64,000 nt of DNA, taken from the NCBI GenBank assembly GCA_012862495.1, contig BLSG01000421.1, forward strand, positions 1 through 64,000, read 5' to 3'. The notes under the pieces were generated by a model. It ran no database searches. It worked only from the letters and a program-made list of their open reading frames with translations, and was not told the DNA's origin. This document shows positions 59,217 to 64,000 of the stretch, piece by piece. Origin of the DNA: Thraustochytrium aureum (taxonomy: Eukaryota). The translations under genes and the position numbers were made by a program. Within the stretch, counting starts at the first letter, position 1; every line of letters begins with the position of its first letter.

Positions 59217-60387
59217 TCACTTGTACTGAAGGCCAAGAATGCGGGTGGCATTGACGCCCTGTTTGCGGAGGATCGCCTTTATCACCGGGATGTCGTCCGG
59301 GAACTCGAGGCGCTGCTGCGTCACTGCCTTTGGCACAGCAAATCCGACCTGCTCAGATCCGTGGCGCTTGTTCCGCACGATGGTCGCCTCATAAGCCAGG
59401 GCGTCCTGCAAGCCATTGTTGCTTTGAATCGCGTCGCGCAACTCTGTCGCTGGGCTCCGTGGCTCAACCGAGCCAGCAGACATGAGCAGCCGCGCGATCT
59501 CGGGACGCGAGAGGCCATCGAACATATCCGCCAGCGCGTTCACGCGACGTGCGTGAAGGGGCAAGTTGAGCGACCGAAGTGCCCGCGCGACCTGATCCCT
59601 TGATGCGTTCTCGTCGGGCACAAAGTTTGCGAGCGTGTCCAGCACAACTGCTGGGTGCTTGTTGTTGTAAAGGTAGACGCGAGCCAGCTCCAGCAGCTCT
59701 TTTTGGACATGGGCAGAACCAACGTAGGCTCGCTGCCCCACCCCACTTGAGAGCTCGCTGCCGTCGTCGGCCTCAATATGGATCTTCCTGTCTTCGTGCA
59801 CAGGGACAGAAAATCCAGAGTTGCGTGCAAAAGGGTTGTGGCTCGTCGTCGGTGTCACAGCGAAAGCGCCCTCGATGAGGCGTTGTGTATACAGTGTGAT
59901 CGGTACATCCTGGCACGCCTCGTCCTCAGCGTCTTCGTCAACAACGGGGCGCGGCAAGGATCGCCCGCCGCGCGGTACGCCGCGTGTCACATGTTCGCGT
60001 CTGAACTCATTTGATGGCGCAGTAAAGCTAGCGCAAGTCGTGCTCGTCATCGTCGCCTGAGCGCTTGCGGCCATCGCCTGCTCGTTGGCGGCTTTGAGGC
60101 GAGCTTGCTCCTCCTGGGCTTCGCGCAGAAACTTTGTTTGGAGCAGGCGCTCACGGGGTCCGAGCTGCTCGGACGAGAAGGTCGTGGACTGCTTGCGGGG
60201 TCACGCGGTGGTCGCGGGTCGTGCTTAGGTACTTTTGCTTGCCTGCGCGGTCTCCCGCGTGCGCGATCGTGCGGTGAAAGGTGGCCGCAAACCGGTCTTT
60301 CTCCTCGAGCTGGAGCTCTCGCATCTTCTCCTCCTCCACCCAGTTGTGGATGCGCACGCCGCTGTTGCCTGCGTTGTTGTACGCCAT
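59217..60387 (-). CDS. SPAG8/CFAP143-like axonemal microtubule inner protein with C-terminal extension; frameshift ~60200
   Basis: N-terminal NWE motif (MAYNNAGNSGVRIHNWVEE), GPRERLL, and DVPITLYTQ...NPFARNSGFSVPV resembling the SPAG8 C-terminal PITFW...PF.KN..FSTP motif. Confidence 0.65.
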
Positions 60388-61315
60388 CTCGTCACTTGAA
60401 CAGGTCCGCAACACGAGCGCTCGCTCCAATCCGGTCTGCGCACCTGCCTCGCGCAGCAGGTATCCAGGCTCGATCGCAAACCAGTGTGACAGTGCAGCGC
60501 GCTCGACTCTGCTGAGCAACGAGCATCGCGTCGAGCATCACGTCTCGCCAAAAACAACCAAACCAGTTCAGAATTGCTCAACGGACCTAACGGATACCTT
60601 GGCGAAGCCAAGTTGTTCGCCACGTACAACATGTATGTCTGGATTGGAGNNNNNNNNNNNNNNNNNNNNNNNNNNNNNNNNNNNNNNNNNNNNNNNNNNN
60701 NNNNNNNNNNNNNNNNNNNNNNNNNNNNNNNNNNNNNNNNNNNNNNNNNNNNNNNNNNNNNNNNNNNNNNNNNNNNNNNNNNNNNNNNNNNNNNNNNNNN
60801 NNNNNNNNNNNNNNNNNNNNNNCCGTTGACGTGCTCTTTTCTCAAGCGAAAATTCGCCGGCGCACGGGCTCAATGAATTTGCAAAGGTCGCCTTGGCAGT
60901 CCCAAGCCAAAACGACGCCCAAGAGACGCTAGGTTGGCCACGAGCACAAAGGCTAGCTCTTGGCTTTGCCCAAGCAACGGCGCAGTGACAACAGGCCCGT
61001 CACGTATCGCACGGACCCTGCAAACGCGCCAAGACGAACCGCTTCGTGCCACCCCTGACGGTTTTGCCCACTACAGCATGATACCGGCCACCGCAGCCGA
61101 TCAGCCGTTCGTCGGCCTTGCGTCCGGGACGTGGACGACCAGTTCTCGACGGCAGGCGCACTGGGCAGCGGTCCTGGAGATTCCTGAGAAGCCGATTCCA
61201 GGAGGCGCAAAGCCAAAATGCTTACGAAACCTTCTCAAAGGAGCTACAATTACGGCATGTGGTGCGCGTCCAAAGCTTCCAGCGTTGTGGCTCACTCGTA
61301 GCTTGCTTGGGGAGG

Positions 61316-61783
61316 TCACTGTTTTGAGTTGGCCATCGCGACCCCCCCGGCAATAAAGTAGGCAGTGTGGCGGAAGAATCGCATCATCCTCTCCCGCGAA
61401 TCGCTGTCAATCGCTGGCGTCGCGTCCATCGCCGCCTCCATGTGCTCGAGCCAACGCACTGCCGACTCGTTCGACACGGCAAACTCGACGTGGCGGCCGA
61501 TCAGCGCCGGGTGGCCTTTCCGCTGAGTGTACAGCTGCGGACCGCCCATGCGCTGGACGAGAAACTCGAACTGGTTTCGAATGGCCTCCTGCTTGTCTTT
61601 CCCCGCAAAGATGTTCCTGAACCAGAGCTGCTCGTCCGCAAAGACTCTGTCATAGAACTCTGTGCTGAGCTGGACGAAGGTGTCGAGGCCGAGTCGCTCG
61701 AAAAGGTTCACCTCGTCGAGGATGAAGGCCTCGTCGCGGCTCAAGCCACTCAGGCGCGCTGCGTCCTCCTGCACCTTTTGCAT
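61316..61783 (-). CDS. GLB3: Truncated (2-on-2) haemoglobin, group II, plant GLB3-like
   Basis: NLFERLGLDTFVQLSTEFYDRV...WFRNIF...AIRNQFEFLVQRMGGPQLYTQRKGHPALIGRH...RWLEHM...FFRHTAYF closely follows plant GLB3, including the N-terminal extension. Confidence 0.93.
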   Translation of the reverse strand: MQKVQEDAARLSGLSRDEAFILDEVNLFERLGLDTFVQLSTEFYDRVFADEQLWFRNIFAGKDKQEAIRNQFEFLVQRMGGPQLYTQRKGHPALIGRHVEFAVSNESAVRWLEHMEAAMDATPAIDSDSRERMMRFFRHTAYFIAGGVAMANSKQ

Positions 61784-62228
61784 CACTGACTGCTGGCTCT
61801 GCACGGCCTTCCGAGCTGTCGTGCGCGCTTGGTCTGGACTGTTCGAAGACGGTCGCGACGCCGGCCGCTGGGTTGGTGGACAAAGCAAGCCCCTCTAAAA
61901 GCATTTAGCCGACAAATCCGTTGGAATCGCGCGCTTTGGAGGGTGGTTGCGTCCGAGATGCCTCCGACATGGCCTAGCCCGGTGGCGCTGGCGAATGGCT
62001 TGGCGCTAAGGGCTTCCTGCATATCTATGTCTTTACATCTCAGCGGTACTCTGCGGCAAAGTACGCTGCAGCGGATTGCAGTCCAGGACAGTGCAGCACG
62101 GGTATCTCAAATAGGGATTGCACAGCGCAACGCAACGCAGGCCAAGCCAACTTCAAACAGATGTGACTGTGGCAGTCTGCGCTCACGAGGACTTTCCACA
62201 TAGAGCAGTTCAGCGTTTTCGTGAGTAA

Positions 62229-64000
62229 ATGAGCCGCGGAAAGGAAAGGGAGAACGGACAAATCCTCGCATCTCAACGTAGCCCGAGATGCGGATCGATC
62301 GCTGCTGAAGGACATGTCAGACCCCCTGCGCAGCGTGCGCTGCCAGGAAAGCTATACCAACAGGGTCGTCAACCCATGCCGTGGCCGTGCAGGCCGCAGG
62401 CCGCCAGGCGGAGAACCCGCATTTCGCCTGACGATGCGCTGCGCGAGGAAGCGACGCCGGCCACCGTTGCAAGCGAAGCAGGGTTGAGCGGGCGAGACGC
62501 CCAAGTCATGCTGGAGTTCTTAGACTCGCTGGAGATGCGGACAGCGCTGGAACTTGGCGAGACAGGCAGGCTGGTGTTCGCTGAGGCTCCAATAGATGTT
62601 ATTGATACACGGGCGACATTGGTCCGCTATCTCACCAACGTGGAGTTTGCCGCAGCATGGTTTGAATTCTCGAAGAAGCCCTGGGTCTCCTTTGCCATGG
62701 CTATGGCTTGGGTTGTTGGACTGCTTATGTGCGGCTATGTGCTCATAAGCAAAGAGGAGGACCGGGGCCCTTATCTGCTCACGACTCTCAGCCTGCCCGG
62801 CTCGATCATGCATCTCGGCCTTTTCAACACATCCAAAATAAAGAGGATGCTCGACCAGTTCGAGATTGTCTACCTCCTGGTGAACGGCTTGCTGTACATT
62901 GGCACAGTGGCGTACCTCACGGGGGACCTGCCGCGGGTGTGGAGCGTGGTGGCCTTGTTCCCCTCCATTTGCATTTCACCGCTTGCGGATGCTGCCTCGG
63001 CCAACTCGCAGCGCGCAGTGTGGGACGTACTCCGATTCGTGATCTTTTTGGTTGGAGGCGTGCTGATTGCTCTAACGGCGCTGGCAATCTTCCGCGGAGT
63101 GCTCGAGATTGACCCAGAGCGAGAGCTACTCTGGGGCACATTCAGCATCAAAAGCCTTGCCTTCAGCACTGCGATCAACACCGCCCTACTCACGCTGAGC
63201 TTTGTGCATGTTTCGACGAGAAACAACGTTTTGCTCACCTCCAAGGTTTCGTCTGCGGTTCTCCCACTTCCAATTATCCGGGTTCTGGAAGACACGAAAG
63301 GGCTGCGCTCCGCCCTTGAACGTGCCGCAGACAAGGTGAATTCCAGAAGCGAGGGCGCAGGCCATCAGGTTGGCCAGCCTCGCCTCGTGCGCACTCTGGA
63401 GGCCACTTTCGTGCCCTTTCAGGTACATGCTCGGGAAACGCTCATTGCAAAGGCAGGACTGCCAAAGGTTTCCAACCTTCTGTACCGGGCTGTCAAGAGC
63501 AAGTTGATTGGGTTTGGGTGCTGGGCTTTTCGTTTATTTCCGGCATTGTTATCTTTTGCGTCACAGTCTCGGCGGCCGAGTACGATGCAAGCTTGGCACT
63601 ATTTTCTGTTCTCCTGCTCGTCCCGGCGTCGCTTTCTGACCTATCGCTCGTCAACCCCGTTCTGCTGCGCTGGGTATTCCGCCGCTTCAAGACGTGGTTT
63701 CTGGTGCTGAACTTTTGGGGGTTTGCGTTCTTATCAGGGGTTTGGTTTCAGACGGCCGTCGCAAAGTTCTCGTTCTACCTGCTCTGCACATTTTGCTTCA
63801 TGGGGACCGCTCTGAACGACATTGTGCCCAGCGGCTTGCGAACGGGGCTTGCCTTCCTTTTCCTTCCCGTGCAGGCAACCTTTCTGCTCTACTTTTTGGT
63901 CGCGCTGACCTTTCGAAAGCTGCCGCTTTTCGATGCAGGGACGACAGTATCGTTCCTGGGCGGCGAGCTCTCTGTGATCGGGCGCCTTGTCCCGTGCATT
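62229..64000 (+). CDS. Multi-pass membrane hypothetical protein with a probable internal repeat; frameshift(s) after ~63500, runs off the window; start uncertain
   Basis: About 6 TM segments in ORF 62229..63710. A second hydrophobic block (e.g. FRRFKTWFLVLNF) continues in another frame and echoes KRMLDQFEIVYLLVN. Confidence 0.6.

Noticed and set aside
60870..61356. Short ORFs downstream of the globin
   Set aside because: No motifs or codon bias, and they overlap the globin 3' end.
1..64000. Transposon, endogenous virus, tRNA or rRNA genes
   Set aside because: No transposase, RT, integrase or capsid motifs, terminal repeats or recognisable structural-RNA sequence seen. Gaps could hide such elements, and a tRNAscan/Infernal run would be decisive.

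Overview
GC-rich (~65% by eye), gene-dense, intron-poor eukaryotic nuclear DNA from a draft scaffold with 12 N-gaps. One clear spliceosomal intron, eukaryotic gene families (Costars, SCaMC carrier, sorting nexin, SPX-MFS) and an axonemal-type gene point to a flagellate protist. The style is compatible with a thraustochytrid/labyrinthulid stramenopile, but that is inference only. About 27 protein-coding genes can be reconstructed. Many are split by 1-nt indels, often in homopolymers, which most likely reflects assembly error. The best candidate for an undescribed system is a co-oriented three-gene block at 20.8-32.5 kb. It encodes two paralogous type-II-membrane multi-domain glycosyltransferases (GT-A domain + GT77-like + degenerate GT77-like) and a type-II-membrane beta-propeller fused to two Asp/Asn-beta-hydroxylase-like 2OG-Fe(II) oxygenases, suggesting a secretory-pathway hydroxylate-then-glycosylate module. 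Next to it lies a bacterial-type single-chain BC-BCCP-CT acyl-CoA carboxylase ending in a PTS1-like SRL. Other notable items are a PX-BAR-SH3-WH2 nexin, a dynein-MTBD-like domain outside dynein, a DadA-like gene beside an amino-acid permease, a plant-GLB3-like truncated haemoglobin and a duplicated ~150-bp element in a divergent promoter. No rRNA, tRNA, CRISPR or transposon was recognised. All family calls come from motif recognition, without database searches.
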